Positions 14,142 through 27,250 of a DNA stretch of 64,000 nt are shown piece after piece. The notes below the pieces were generated by a model that ran no database searches, was not told where the DNA came from, and worked only from the letters and a program-made list of their open reading frames with translations. A program made the position numbers and the translations under genes. The stretch is taken from the NCBI GenBank assembly GCA_951406725.2, contig OX597815.1:12462001-12526000 (forward strand), in the 5' to 3' direction. Source of the DNA: Octopus vulgaris. Lineage: Eukaryota. Position 1 is the stretch's first letter. The number at the start of each line of letters is the position of its first letter.

Positions 14142-14700
14142 TTGCGAGACTAGTCGCTGTACTATTCTCGGGGTACTGGAAAGTATTTCGGTGGGAACAG
14201 AGTCGAGTCTTGAATGAATTTTCGAAGCCCTTGTGTATGTTTTATGTTCTTGTGAGCCATCTACTTGCATTTTGGCTCTATAAACAATTCCTTTTTCAAG
14301 ACATTTACCTTCCAACGGAAAGCAAGTCTTATCTTTGAAGTTGCAGTTCCACAGATTAGATTCGGCACTGTAGTTGCTTGTAATAATTTCCATGTTATGC
14401 TGGTTAATAAAAGAGGCGACCTTTTGCAAAAGGAATAGCTAACCTTCAGTGTTCTCATTTTATTGGCTAGATAGAAAATGTTTAGAAACTAATCTTAAGA
14501 ATTCCTTACCTATATTAGGAGATAGGTAGATAGATAGATATGAAAGAGGCCCTAAACAGATGATATATGGCCAAAATGTTCGTGGTAAGCACTCCCCAAT
14601 AGAAACCAGTACTACGATTTGTAGTTAATGTAACGTCCTCGTTGAAGGTATGTGGAATAGAGAACTTAGGTTTAGAAAGCAATGTTTGCCATTGCTCCAA
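14142..14700 (-). mobile_element. Penelope-like element linker plus GIY-YIG fragment (right arm and extension)
   Basis: Minus strand gives GKEFLRLVSKHF...TLKVSYS...SFINQHN...CNFKDKTCFPLEGKCLEKGIVY, with frameshifts. Confidence 0.85.
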
Positions 14701-17409
14701 ACGTAGGCAAAAAAGTGAACATCTAGTGGATGTTTTCTAAGAAAAACACTCATTTTCCATGCCAAATTTAATTTCGCTGCATGAAAATTCACACATCTTG
14801 TATTCATTAATGGGAATTTGGCCAGTAATAACTGCCGCCGTGTATGTTTTTGAAGGGTTGCCCTCCTCAGTCACTAGCCCATTAGTCACAGTTATATGTA
14901 TAAAGAAAAATATTTGTCTCAGTGGTCAATTTTCTTAATGGTCGGTGATGACCAGGGCGTGTATATGAATATATATTTTGATATGTTTCAGCCATGATTA
15001 CCTCTGTATATATTTAATACATCATTTTTAGCATACCATGGCCCATGCAAAGGACGCAGTTGTTGTTGATGTCTGCAGTAAATTTAGTTATAATTGGCTT
15101 GTCTGATATCCCTTCAAGATATTTCAATATATAACGCTAGAAGTTCACGTTGTCCTTTCTATTATTTTGCAGGGATGACGTAAAATTGAGCCGGGCGTTA
15201 TGATGAATATAAGTGTATTTCTATGTGGTTAAGTGTAGTCAACCCTCACAGGCACATGCACATCACACATACCCACACACATAGACATATAAGCACATTT
15301 TAATGAAAGTATGAACATTTTCATTTTTAAATTTTCGCCAAAGTGTGATGGCTGGTTTCGTTTCGTACGCTAACATAAATCTATTCGAGTTCACTTTCTC
15401 TAAGAATTCTTATCTTGTTCCACACATGTCTAAATATTCTCGTCATCTATCGTGTATTACATAGTAAATCAAGAATGCGTCTCTCTTAAAAGCAATACAC
15501 ACAAACCCAAAACAGTACATACTTTTGCATGTTTGAGGAAGTATATATGCCTGTGTGTATTTACACTTTTGTTACATGTTGCTCATACAATCAAATATAC
15601 ATCGCTTCGCACAAACAGAATATATGAAAATAAAGGAAACGCAAAGACAAACGCAATTTCATGGGAAAGAATGTTCCCTCTTACACTGTTACGTTGGCCA
15701 ATGAATACTTGCTATTCCATTTGGTCATGAAATTGCAACAGATCAATCATTTCACTGTTTTATTTTTCATGAAAATTTCTTCGCTGACGTTATGTGGCCA
15801 TCGTATGAAGTTGTAACAGAACACAAATATAATGGGCAGTGGCAACTTGCTGGGAGGCTGCCAAGTTGTAACGGAACCAAACTTTGATCGATGTCTCTAT
15901 ACGTCAAAACTGATCATTGAAAGCTATTAACAAAAAGAACGGAGATGGGAGCAATAGCACATGGGGATATTTCACTGCCATTTGACACTCTGCACCGGAT
16001 TCACTTATACTGCTAATATTCTCATCGTTTAGAACTGATCACCACCAATTACTTTCTCTTTCCTCCTCTGCTTCTCCCTCACTATTCAATTCTCAATCGC
16101 AGTTTTTCTCTCTCTCTCTTTCTATCTCTTTACCTGCCAGTCTCTCGTTCTCTGTTTCTCTCTCTCTCTCTCTCTCTCAACCATCTCATCCATCGTAATT
16201 ACGAATTCTATTGTCAACGTCAAGATCATCCAGGGAAGCATTATCGGCAGCAATATTCCTATCAGGAAAGTATCTTCAAAAAGTAGACACTCTGTTCTTT
16301 GCAATCAAACAACATCACACATAGGCTTGGAATAATTGATTTTCTAATATCAAGCGGATGATAAGCGAGCACTGTAGACAATCAGAAAGGTTCGATGCGT
16401 ACTAATTGCTCGATAGAATTCAAGAAGTATTGAATAATATGCACTAAATGCAGGGTAAAGTTATTGTTCTTAGAACATCATACATTAGATATATTGATAG
16501 AAATATATATATTTTTTAATTATTTATGATACGAGTAAGCCACTAGCTGTTGACCTTTCCCAAGGTCCCCGAGACACGTGGGATTTGTGACTTTTTTAAT
16601 TTTCACAGGATAACGTATATATTATGAGTGGATGAAGAAAGCAGTAACTTGGAGAAGCATATTGTCTTCTGACATATCTTCGAGCTCATTGATGTATTGT
16701 GTGTAAATCCGTTAGACGGAACCTGTCGGAAGACCATCGTGAATGTTTGAATGTTTGTTTGTATATATATATATTAATGTGCGCATGCATGTGTGTATAG
16801 ACACCATAAATATTAATTCATTTGATTTCATTCAAAGTTGTCATTAACACGGTCTTCATTGAATGCTATAATGTCTTAGAAGATCTATACGCCAAAATTT
16901 TCCCTATTATATTTATGAATTATTGTAAACAAACTTCCTACGGCTCATCCGGGTTAGATTCGATGCGTGCTTTGGATTTAATTTGGATCCTATCTGACGC
17001 TTAATATGTCAAAAATATAGAAATAAATATCAACTTCTTACTGAGCAATAACAGAGACCCTACGAGAGTCTCTGGTCACATGCAGCCAAATCTCCGTTAT
17101 CTTAAAATGTATTACTTAAAGATCGCAGTAATCGTCAGGACATTTAACATGTTCTGTGATTTCCAGGGCTGGGAAAAGGGTATTTGGAACGATGAAATAC
17201 GGTTTATTTAGGATAGATAAATAACAGTATTGTTTCAAGTTCAGTAGTATTGCCAAACTTGTTCAAAAAGTTAAGGCCGTTGCTGAATCTCCTAATAGTA
17301 ATTCATACTAAGTTTTCTATTTTACTGATACGCATCATTTCACAATATAGTTGCGTGTATTAGTGTGTGTGTGCATATATTCTTATGTGTATATGTATAT
17401 ATGTATATA

Positions 17410-17500
<91 letters not shown>

Positions 17501-17703
17501 AGCTATATATTAGAGATAAACCACTATTATGCAACTCAAACAGTGATAGACATAAACAATACGTAAATAACAAATAATATATACGTTCATAAAATATATA
17601 ACTTATAACTAGATGAGATCTAGTTATAGCGGTTTTATTTCTAATTTATATTTTATATATTTAAACTGTGAAATTTTCCCTGTAAGTTTGGAGTTATACT
17701 CCC

Positions 17704-17761
<58 letters not shown>

Positions 17762-17798
17762 GTTATTATTATTATTGTTGTTGTTTTTGTTGTTGTTG

Positions 17799-17830
<32 letters not shown>

Positions 17831-17852
17831 GTTGTTGTTTTTGTTGTTGTTG

Positions 17853-17892
<40 letters not shown>
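17704..17892. repeat. (ATT)n/(GTT)n compound microsatellite
   Basis: Directly visible. Confidence 0.95.
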
Positions 17893-17896
<4 letters not shown>

Positions 17897-17929
17897 TAGT
17901 TTTAACTTTATAGCGTGATTTCACTTCAC

Positions 17930-18183
17930 GACCGAGCGCTGCTCTGTGTGCCTTCGGTATGTACTGTGATTTGTTGTGATGCTCTGATGGTTACTCTATT
18001 GAAATTGTTTTGCGTAGGATGTGTGCAGTGCATAGTAGTGCAATTTTCTGTTTGTTATATGTGTTTGTAAGTCCTGGTGTTTGTGTTATGTAGTTGTCTG
18101 AATATTTTTTTATCATGCCTTATGCACCTACTATGGTAGGAATTGTTTCTGTTTTTAGATTCCACATTCTAGTTACCTCTATA

Positions 18184-18185
<2 letters not shown>
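17930..18185 (-). mobile_element. RLE-type (R4/Dong-like) LINE 3' end
   Basis: Minus strand gives IEVTRMWNLKTETIPTIVGA*GMIKK...QKIALLCTAHILRK. Homologous to 51230-51410 and flanked by (TAA)n tracts. Confidence 0.75.
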
Positions 18186-18280
<95 letters not shown>

Positions 18281-18287
18281 CACACAC

Positions 18288-18333
<46 letters not shown>

Positions 18334-19088
18334 TATGTGTACGGATATACGGGCACTCACAGAACCTGAATATGTTCATGGGTTTCGCAATGGGTGTGCA
18401 TGTTTTTGTGCTTGTATGTTTGCAAATTACTTCATCCTCAAATTTCGGTGGATATGTATTATATGTATATAACATAAAACTCGAAAAAATCTATATTATG
18501 GCTTTAACTTTCAAGTTCCTATTTCATGTGTGTAGTTTATATATTCCAGTTTTCTAGCGTAACGTTCTTCTCTTGTTATGTTTCTTTTTGCTATCGAACG
18601 TACCTCAATGTATTTCACGATTCAGCATTTTTCATTTCCCATAAATATTTTCAACGTTTTCATTGAATATGAAGAAGAATTTTTACAAATGTATAGGTTT
18701 TGTCGTCGGTTTTGTGTGAAACCATAGTGGTTTTTTCTTCTGACATATTGCTGAAACCAGTAACACGCAAAACTATTCATAACTCATTGAATAGAAAACC
18801 AGAGATTCTCCTTTATGTAAAATGCTTCCCATATTTATACGACTTTGTAACAGAGATGGTTAACTTTTTTATTATATTTCTCACTACAACATACACTACA
18901 TCAAAACTACTTCTTATCAAAACCTGCCGTATGGGTAACCTGAGCAACAAATCATATACTATCGTCTCCATGAAGATTTGAATTATCTGCATAGAAATGT
19001 TGTGATGTGATATTTTCGCTTTGGTGCATATCACAAATAAGTATTATAAAAGTACAAACGATCATCAACAATGTTTCTCATGTAAATT

Positions 19089-19139
<51 letters not shown>

Positions 19140-19314
19140 TAGATAGAGAGTGAGGTGCTGAGGTGCAAGAACGAATATAGATGTGAGTTATATAGGGATA
19201 TTGAAGTTGTAGATCCATTTTTTAGTCAGAATTGTATATATGTAAGATTCCAATGTCTTATAAGTAAAATCCAACAGAATTGACCCTACTAATACACTCC
19301 CTATTTTTAGGTCA

Positions 19315-19711
19315 TCTTATATATAAAAGTGAAGTTGCGTGTCTGTCTCCTACGATTTAGATTCCTAACTACTCCCACATTTTGCGGTGCAGTTTAACCA
19401 AAACCGGGTATCTTATAGTCGTGATTCATATCGAGCCCTTCTGGGTATTAGCGCGCGTCTACGATGAGTCTACGACTAAAAAGATAAATATCATCATTGT
19501 TTTCCATTTTAAGGCATTTTATTCGCTATTATTTAAGGGAAGTAACTCTCTAAAATGTCTTCGATGAGCTAACGATTTTTAAAAAAATTACCATCATTTT
19601 CTTTTCCATTTTAAATGCATTTTGTTTGCTATTTTTTGGCTATAACTCTCTAAAAATGCCTATATAGTTATTTCCCTTACAAACCCGAGGAACGCCGGGC
19701 GATACTGCTAG
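19315..19711 (+). mobile_element. Non-autonomous Helitron-like element
   Basis: 5' TC, 3' CTAG, subterminal hairpin cccg-n8-cggg, inserted between A and T with no TSD. Other copies at 37133 and 58787. Confidence 0.85.
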
Positions 19712-20027
19712 TTTTAAATAAAAACATTTGACTCTACAAAACTGTGTATAAATTCTGTACTTGGAATGACCAAGTTTAAATACTGTTGGATCTCACTCAT
19801 AAGGTATTGCAATCTTACATTGTGTATAAACCGCTTATTTGAAAGGACCTATTTATAAATTCTGTTGGATATAAGGTAATGGAATCTTACATATATACCA
19901 TTCTACCTAAAAAATCGAGCTACAACTTCAATATCCCTACATATCTAACATCTATTTTCTTTCCTCCACCTCACTCTCTATTTTGTATGCTATCTAAACT
20001 AACTATTACTTAACCATCCTCTCACAC

Positions 20028-20081
20028 CGTGTCTGATGAAGGAATATAACAAATAAATATTCTAGAAACAGCAGTAAGACG
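20028..20081 (+). ncRNA. Type I hammerhead ribozyme motif
   Basis: CTGATGA at 20033-20039; stem II ggaatat/atattct; GAAA at 20065-20068; stem III ac-agca-gt; GUA triplet at 20074-20076; stem I cgtgt/agacg with one mismatch. Confidence 0.7.
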
Positions 20082-20149
20082 TTCTATCTATAAATATTGT
20101 AATATCTACACAGTCTTGGTTCTTTTTTAACGCATTACGCAAAAAATTC

Positions 20150-20250
<101 letters not shown>

Positions 20251-20719
20251 CACACACACATATATATATATACATATATTACTTGCTAATTGTGTAACTA
20301 AAAATCAATCGCTTAAACGTAGGTTAAGGGTGGTTTATGCTTCAATACCGTTTCAATTATTATTTGGGCATGCTACATTATCACAGTTTCGTTTTCTGTT
20401 TGGAAATTAGAAGTTATTTCTGTACTTTTGAAATAAATTCATAGTAAACAATAGACTGTTCTGTCTCTCAGCTGTTAAATATAGAAGCCTAAATATAGTA
20501 GCCTCTGAACACCGCCTACCTTCCCTTAAGATGCAAATCTCAATGACTAGATATTACTATATAAGTTTTATCTAATATATATTTCTACAATAGAAAGATT
20601 AATAATTTGATACCCTTACGATAATAGATTTATGTCAAATGTACAAATATTGATTACTACATTTAGTGGCTGTGATTTGAATGAAACATTTTCAAATTAA
20701 TAATCGTTTTTCACACTGC

Positions 20720-21650
20720 ATGGAAAATATCCTTCCATGTATTGATGGGTAATTTGATGGCAGAATATACTCATAATTTGAATGTAAAATAAGATAGCCT
20801 ATTTGATTTCATTTCTCAGAAAAATTCTTTACCAAAGTGGTAATCAGATGGTATCAGAAGAAAGGAACTATATTATGCCAACTGGCAGTCGAAATTAATA
20901 TCGTGCAAACTGTAACCAATACTTCTTCACATCCGTCCAACTAACTGAAAATAGTGTGAAATATCTCGTAAATTAAAATCTATAGTTTTTGATATTATTA
21001 AAATTATTCTCCATAACAACATCTGAAATGACGAGCCTGTCACTGCTTGAACGTTCTTGATTATATTTTTACTGACGTGGGCCTAAAGAAGATGGACAAT
21101 ATAGTTGCAGAGATTGAGTGTATAAAAGGATTACAACACATGCATGTATCTGGCACACATAACTATTAAATATTGAATATCAAATATTGTCTGTCTATAA
21201 TTAATATTCCATTTGCGTCACAAATGTATGAAACTATAATTAATATAGTCAGTGTGAATATGCGAACAATCCGCATTTTTATATTTACTCATTTATTTTT
21301 TTTTTTTTGCATTTCATAAGTGCTGATATTGACGGCTTAATATTTAATTACATTGTGCCTATTGTTCTTATTTTAATTGCTTCTGTTAATGTCCTTTGTT
21401 GAGTTTAAATTTAATGAGATTTCTTCCCCGATGATGTAGCACTTTAAAAATAATATTGGCCATGATGTTATTTTTTCCAACCCTTTATTCAGAACCTAAT
21501 TTCCACTGGTTTGAATATCAATTAATGAATGCTGGTTATAACTTGGATCAGTTATGTGATTTTATTTTCTCGAGATGTAATAATTGTTATTACAGTTAAT
21601 AATAGCATCAACTACTATTACATCTACCGTTATTTTACGTGCCAACATTG
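20720..21650 (+). pseudogene. Decayed single-exon class A GPCR pseudogene (FMRFamide-receptor/Srw-like peptide GPCR type)
   Basis: Motifs occur in order across frameshifts: LMGNLM (~20745), ILCQLAV (~20870), SLSLLER[F]LIIF (ER at 21049), LSIINIPF (~21195), IDGLIFNYIVPIVLILIAS (~21330-21385), KIILAMMLFF (~21450), TVNNSINYYYIY (~21592-21627). Confidence 0.55.
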
Positions 21651-23010
21651 ATAACTTTGCCCTGTGACAGACATATTAATCTTTTTTAATTCACATGCAG
21701 GGAATTTATAGCTATATTATACACACGTTCCTTATATTTAAAACGGTATTTGAGGAAATTATTTTCGTATTTTAACCGTAGCAAATAAATTCCCACCGAC
21801 GTCGTTAAAATTGCCATGAATCTACTAAGGATAAACGTGGGTCTAATGTACGAAAACAACGTAGGAAGCTGAAAAACTATAATGGTAAAAGTAATGGATA
21901 TCACAAAGAGAAATTATAATTATTACACTATTTTGAAAATAAATATTCGTATTTATATGAGGGAAAAGTCCATTATATGATGTTCAAATGTCAATTGCAG
22001 GCATGTAAATTTTACTGAAGTTTTGACCACTTGTATATCGCTGAAGACTCACATGTGTTATGACTAGCATAGGAATACATTTTACAAAGAGAGGAACAAG
22101 TGTTATTCGAGTAATCTCCATTCCCTTACGTGTATACATTTCATGAAACGGAATGAATGTGAAAGTACATTATCAACATTAGTGAGTTGACTAAAAATAC
22201 TAAACAACCTGTGTATATTTATCAAGTAGACTGGGAAATGAATGTGCGTGCATATAAAATCGAGCTCTTGTATGCGAATTAATTAGCTCCAATTCATGTT
22301 TATTCCTCCTTACCTTTCTACTTTGAAGGTGAATAATTTCACCACACTATTATTACCTAGGGAGCAAGGCAAATTACCAGGTACCTACTTACATGAAGCA
22401 ATGTTTGAGTAAATGCCTGCATTATTAACCCGATGTAATAAGATTACGACAGAGTTCTTTGAAAGTCGACCGTGTTAAAAGTGTCACAGAATTGGAACAA
22501 TTTTAAAACTCTAGCCATTTTATTCTTAATAGGGATGTGGCGAATCATTTTGTTGTACATGCTAATGCATAAGACATTTTTCCTGATTATTACGGTTCTA
22601 ATTATGGTAGGTATTGATAGAAGCAATCGTTATTGAAAATAGTAGAAAATTTACTATTAATCGGCAATTATTTTATGATGGATATTATTCTTACATTTTA
22701 GGTACTTTTTATTGAGTATCACTATAGCTTGCTGGAATTTTTGTTGTTGCTTATCAATACATCATTCATAAGCAAACAGAAAAATGCATCGCAGCTGTCC
22801 CTAATCCAGTAAATTTTATTCTGAAGATATTTGGCATCATATTTCCCAAATATAACTTGATTAGCAAAATGGTGTTGCGGCTGATCTAATTGAAATTCTG
22901 CTGGTTTTAGACTCCACCAGAAAATAGAAACAAGTACAATTGTTTTACATACTAACATTGCAGGAATGAGCCGAAATTGAATCTACATTGATATATATAT
23001 ATACATACAT

Positions 23011-23088
<78 letters not shown>

Positions 23089-23091
23089 GTA

Positions 23092-23200
23092 AGGCACAGG
23101 AATGGCTGTGTAGTAGGTAGCTAGCGTACCAACCACATAGTTGCGGGTTCAGTCCCACTTGCGAGTGAACTTGGTAGACGGAAACGGAAAGAATCCCGTC

Positions 23201-23201
<1 letters not shown>
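23092..23201 (+). mobile_element. SINE family B head fragment
   Basis: aggcacaggaatggctgtgtagtagg...gggttcagtcccac...ttggtagacggaaac. Confidence 0.75.
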
Positions 23202-23249
<48 letters not shown>

Positions 23250-23261
23250 ATTATATATATG

Positions 23262-23295
<34 letters not shown>

Positions 23296-24094
23296 ATATA
23301 TATGTATGTATGCATATATATATATCAAAGTGCTCTATATGAGTGTTGTCTCGAAAGATAGATAGTTGTATCTTACATAAGTGCAATGAATAAAATATAA
23401 ACTAAATTATCCACGACCCATTCAGGAAATGGGCTGCTGCGTAACAAATTAGTTACCAGATGATTAGTCAAGGCATTAGTTACATGCATATCTTTGTATA
23501 TTTGTGAATATATCGTTGCGTGTTTATATGATACTTTATTTATTGTGATTAAGACTACAATGAATTGCTTCTTTTTGATTTTTTAAAAATTCAATTTTAA
23601 ATCTCCTGGTTAAGTCAAATATCATAAAACTACATAATTATCTGTGGTTTGATTTTTATGTGGTCTTCTTTCAGCCGCGGTTCAACGTGGTGTTGTTTTC
23701 ATATATATATGTCCCTCATTAATTTGTGGATCTGCAGGGTGAAGAATGTTGCTCTATGGTGTTTAAAGATTTTCTACAACGTGGAACATTGTTAAACATT
23801 AAATAGTTAGAGGATAGTAAAATTTAATTATATTTCATGATATTTATTGCCAGTTGAATAATTACAACTAGGTCAAATACCTCATAACCTACATGAAAAT
23901 GATGGAATGAGAAAATTGATAATAGTGGGAGAGAGTTTCAGAAGTAATAACAATAACCGTATCGTTACCAGGGAATTTGCTGGAACAGTGTGTGTAAGCA
24001 TTAGTAGTATAAAAGAAAGAAACATAGAGATTAAAAAAAATATGTGAAAAATATGATATAATTCAATACTCCATGGAAAGAAGATGATAAGTAA

Positions 24095-24382
24095 ACCTCT
24101 CGAAAGAGCTGTTCTTCACTCCTGCTCCGGTGCGTCGGCTGCGGGGTCATTCCGAAAAGCTCTACCTGCGACGATTTCATCTCAATCGAAGGAGAGGAGC
24201 TTTCTCCGTCCGGGTTGCGGATCCGTGGAACAAGCTGCCAGACGAGATGGTGAAGATGCCGACGACCGCTTTGTTCAAACCCTCCCTGGACCTCAAGTGT
24301 CCTGAACTCTTTACATGAACACCACCCTGTACTTAACTCCATGTCCCCCTACATGGCCTTGCTATTTGCTTTTGAGCCAAAT

Positions 24383-24418
<36 letters not shown>
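24095..24418 (+). mobile_element. CR1/L2-type LINE 3' end with (TAAC)n tail
   Basis: Translates as LFFTPAPVRRLRGHSEKL...RRGAFSVRVADPWNKLPDEMV...FKPSLD, the CR1-like C-terminal RGH...FS.RV...WN.LP motif. Locally GC-rich; (taac)n tail at 24383-24418. Confidence 0.8.
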
Positions 24419-24599
24419 ATATTGGAATATATAATTAAAAATTCTTAAGAAATAACGCATAACCAGAGATATACTTTAAGAAATAATGAAAACAACGCGG
24501 TGGTGGACAGGATATTTAACCAGAACAAGTGATGAAAGAAAAGAATCGCAGTATAGGTTCCTCAACTTAGTTTAGAGGGGAGGAAACCCGAATGAAGCA

Positions 24600-25560
24600 G
24601 GAATGAGAATATCGAAGAACGCATAAAGCAATAAAGTGGTGTATGAGAAAAGTTTAACCGAAATTGGCAAAGGAGAGGAAGAGATGGAAGAGATTTAAAG
24701 TAAACTGGAATTTCTCAAGAGAAAGAAACACAAATATTGTCAAAGGCTGAAAGAAGTGTATTTCTAAAATACACCCACACCTTTTAATTCTGCTTAGAAT
24801 ACTGATGTTGAAAGATATAGACATATAAAATAATTTGGCCTTCGATAAAAAATATTTATTAAGCTACTACACAGGAAAAGAAATTCCATAAGTTTATTGT
24901 AGAGAAATGTTTCGTAAATGAAAGGAATTATCTTCCGAAACCTTAATTTCACGCATTATTAGATGCATTCCGCCAGTCAATACACCAGCGAACAAATTCT
25001 TAAATTTTTTCGGTGGATTCCCAGACACAACTGAACAATCAAGACTCACTCTGTTTACTCTCTTTGTCTGACCTTACATATTCAGCAGATCGAAAAATAT
25101 ACAATGCTGCTATATTTACCGTTGATCGCATGTCCATTAACCAGCTGAACAAATTTTTAGCAGATGTCAATTGTAGTCTAATGAATATAAAGTACCTGAC
25201 GGCAATAAATCGGTCATCTCAATACCGAGCCTCTTTGCAAAACACTGCACATTTCGGGCTCTAATTGATGCATGTTGAGAGAAAAGTATTCATTTATTTT
25301 TGAGATAACTTATAGCAAAATGCTTCCAAAAATGTGAGAACACTTCATTGGAAGGATATGGAGAAGACAGCAGCCGAATGTGTCCTGTAGAAGTTGATCC
25401 GAGAGTTGCAGACAGATTCAAATACCTTCGTGAATAGTGTAACTCAGAAATATAGTTTAGCTTTTTGAACAAAGGGGAAAAAGTAATCCTCGTGAACAAA
25501 TCTTCGTATAAATGAGTGTACATTTTTATGTACATTCATTTTTTCGGAAAATAATGTTTG
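24600..25560 (+). mobile_element. Highly decayed Penelope-like reverse transcriptase remnant
   Basis: Frameshifted fragments resemble N.NIVIK.ADKG (~24730), LMHVERKVF (~25266), W.RY.DD (~25350) and LNS....IQF (~25430). Confidence 0.4.
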
Positions 25561-25811
25561 TATAATTTCGAGCATCTTCACGAGTATATAGGTAAAAATC
25601 ATTTAACGCATAAGCATCTCTAGCCATAACTATAGTAACACAAAAATGAAGCGAATTTGGAAAATCTATTCCCATCTTAGTAACATAATGATACTTCGCT
25701 TATTTCGAGTGTACAGTCAAATAATACGAATCTCAGAATGATTATGTCACTCTCAACTGCTCATCAATGCTTTGATATTGCCTTCTTGATATGACTACGT
25801 TTATATCTTTC

Positions 25812-26220
<409 letters not shown>

Positions 26221-26729
26221 TCATTATTTCAAACATATCTACATAATTTCTATTGTATGACTCGTTGAATTTAAATTTCTTGCGCAATTTCACAAGGAAT
26301 TCTCAAGAGGCTGGGCTATATTACACATAAACTGAAAACATCAAACATGTTTGAAGATGCTCTGTTTCCTCAGTTTTTTCCTATTTATCAATGATCTGAG
26401 AACAATTACTAAAAACTCTTCCCATTCTCGTATACTAGGAAATTTTACTTTATAAAGAAGTAGAATAAATGTATAGTTTATGATAATATTATTGCCATCA
26501 GTGTCTTTAGCAAACATAGCAGTAATAAACAGCAGTAGAAAACCACGCCTGTTTATGGAGTATTTACTTACGATAAATCGCTACTGCCTTAAAGAAGCTT
26601 CTCCAATTTCTAATATCGAAGATCTTATGGATTCTGTTTCCTACAGTATATTTGACAGCAACAGAGATCTGAATGTAGTAAAAACCAATTTTCTCTACAG
26701 TATAACTATAAGAAATACACAGTATTTCA

Positions 26730-27250
26730 AGAAGATGAATGATTGTTCTAGGATTTTATATGGCTACCTAATGCCATACTTACTTTTCATAGTGTAGTGG
26801 ATGGTATGATTACCAACAAAATTATTAAAGATGCACATATTTATATTAAAAATGAAATACTAGATGGGATTTAGGACTTTGCATTTATGTTACAGTGACG
26901 TATCATTATAAGGAAAGGAATAAATGACTTTCAGTTGATTAGAAATGCAATATCATTGAGTGGTTTGTTATTAATTTTACAGAGTCCATCATCGCTCTAT
27001 ATACAGCAGATATATACGTAGCTGTAAACTAGAGTATCTGGGGATGTTAAACAAGTGCCGAGTGGCAGTATCTCTTATAGGATTGACATTACTAGTAACA
27101 AAATTACCGATCCCTATTTGTTTCAGGTAAAGTCTATAAAACTTAGGCTAAATTGAATTAAACTTTAACTTAATCGGACATTTGATGCTATGTTACTTGT
27201 AGTATTTGCAAAATATCGTTTTCGTTTAACGATTCGATATTTTCTGTATA
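26730..27250 (+). pseudogene. Possible decayed class A GPCR, TM1-TM3 remnant
   Basis: NDCSRILYGYLMPYLLFIV then GMITNKII (TM1-like), SPSSLYI (ICL1/TM2-like), AMLLVVFAKYRF (TM3-like); contains stops and frameshifts. Confidence 0.3.

Noticed and set aside
15835-15866. ggcagtggcaacttgctgggaggctgcc, a possible miRNA hairpin
   Set aside because: The stem is too short and matches no mature miRNA I recognise.
16122-16304. FLIGILLPIMLPW on the minus strand, TM1-like
   Set aside because: It is an isolated hydrophobic stretch running into a (GA)n tract, and the downstream motifs are unconvincing.
25013-25264. LCLLSLSDL...AIFTVDR, GPCR TM2/TM3-like words
   Set aside because: The spacing of about 20 aa is far too short, and the region is better explained as a decayed PLE RT.
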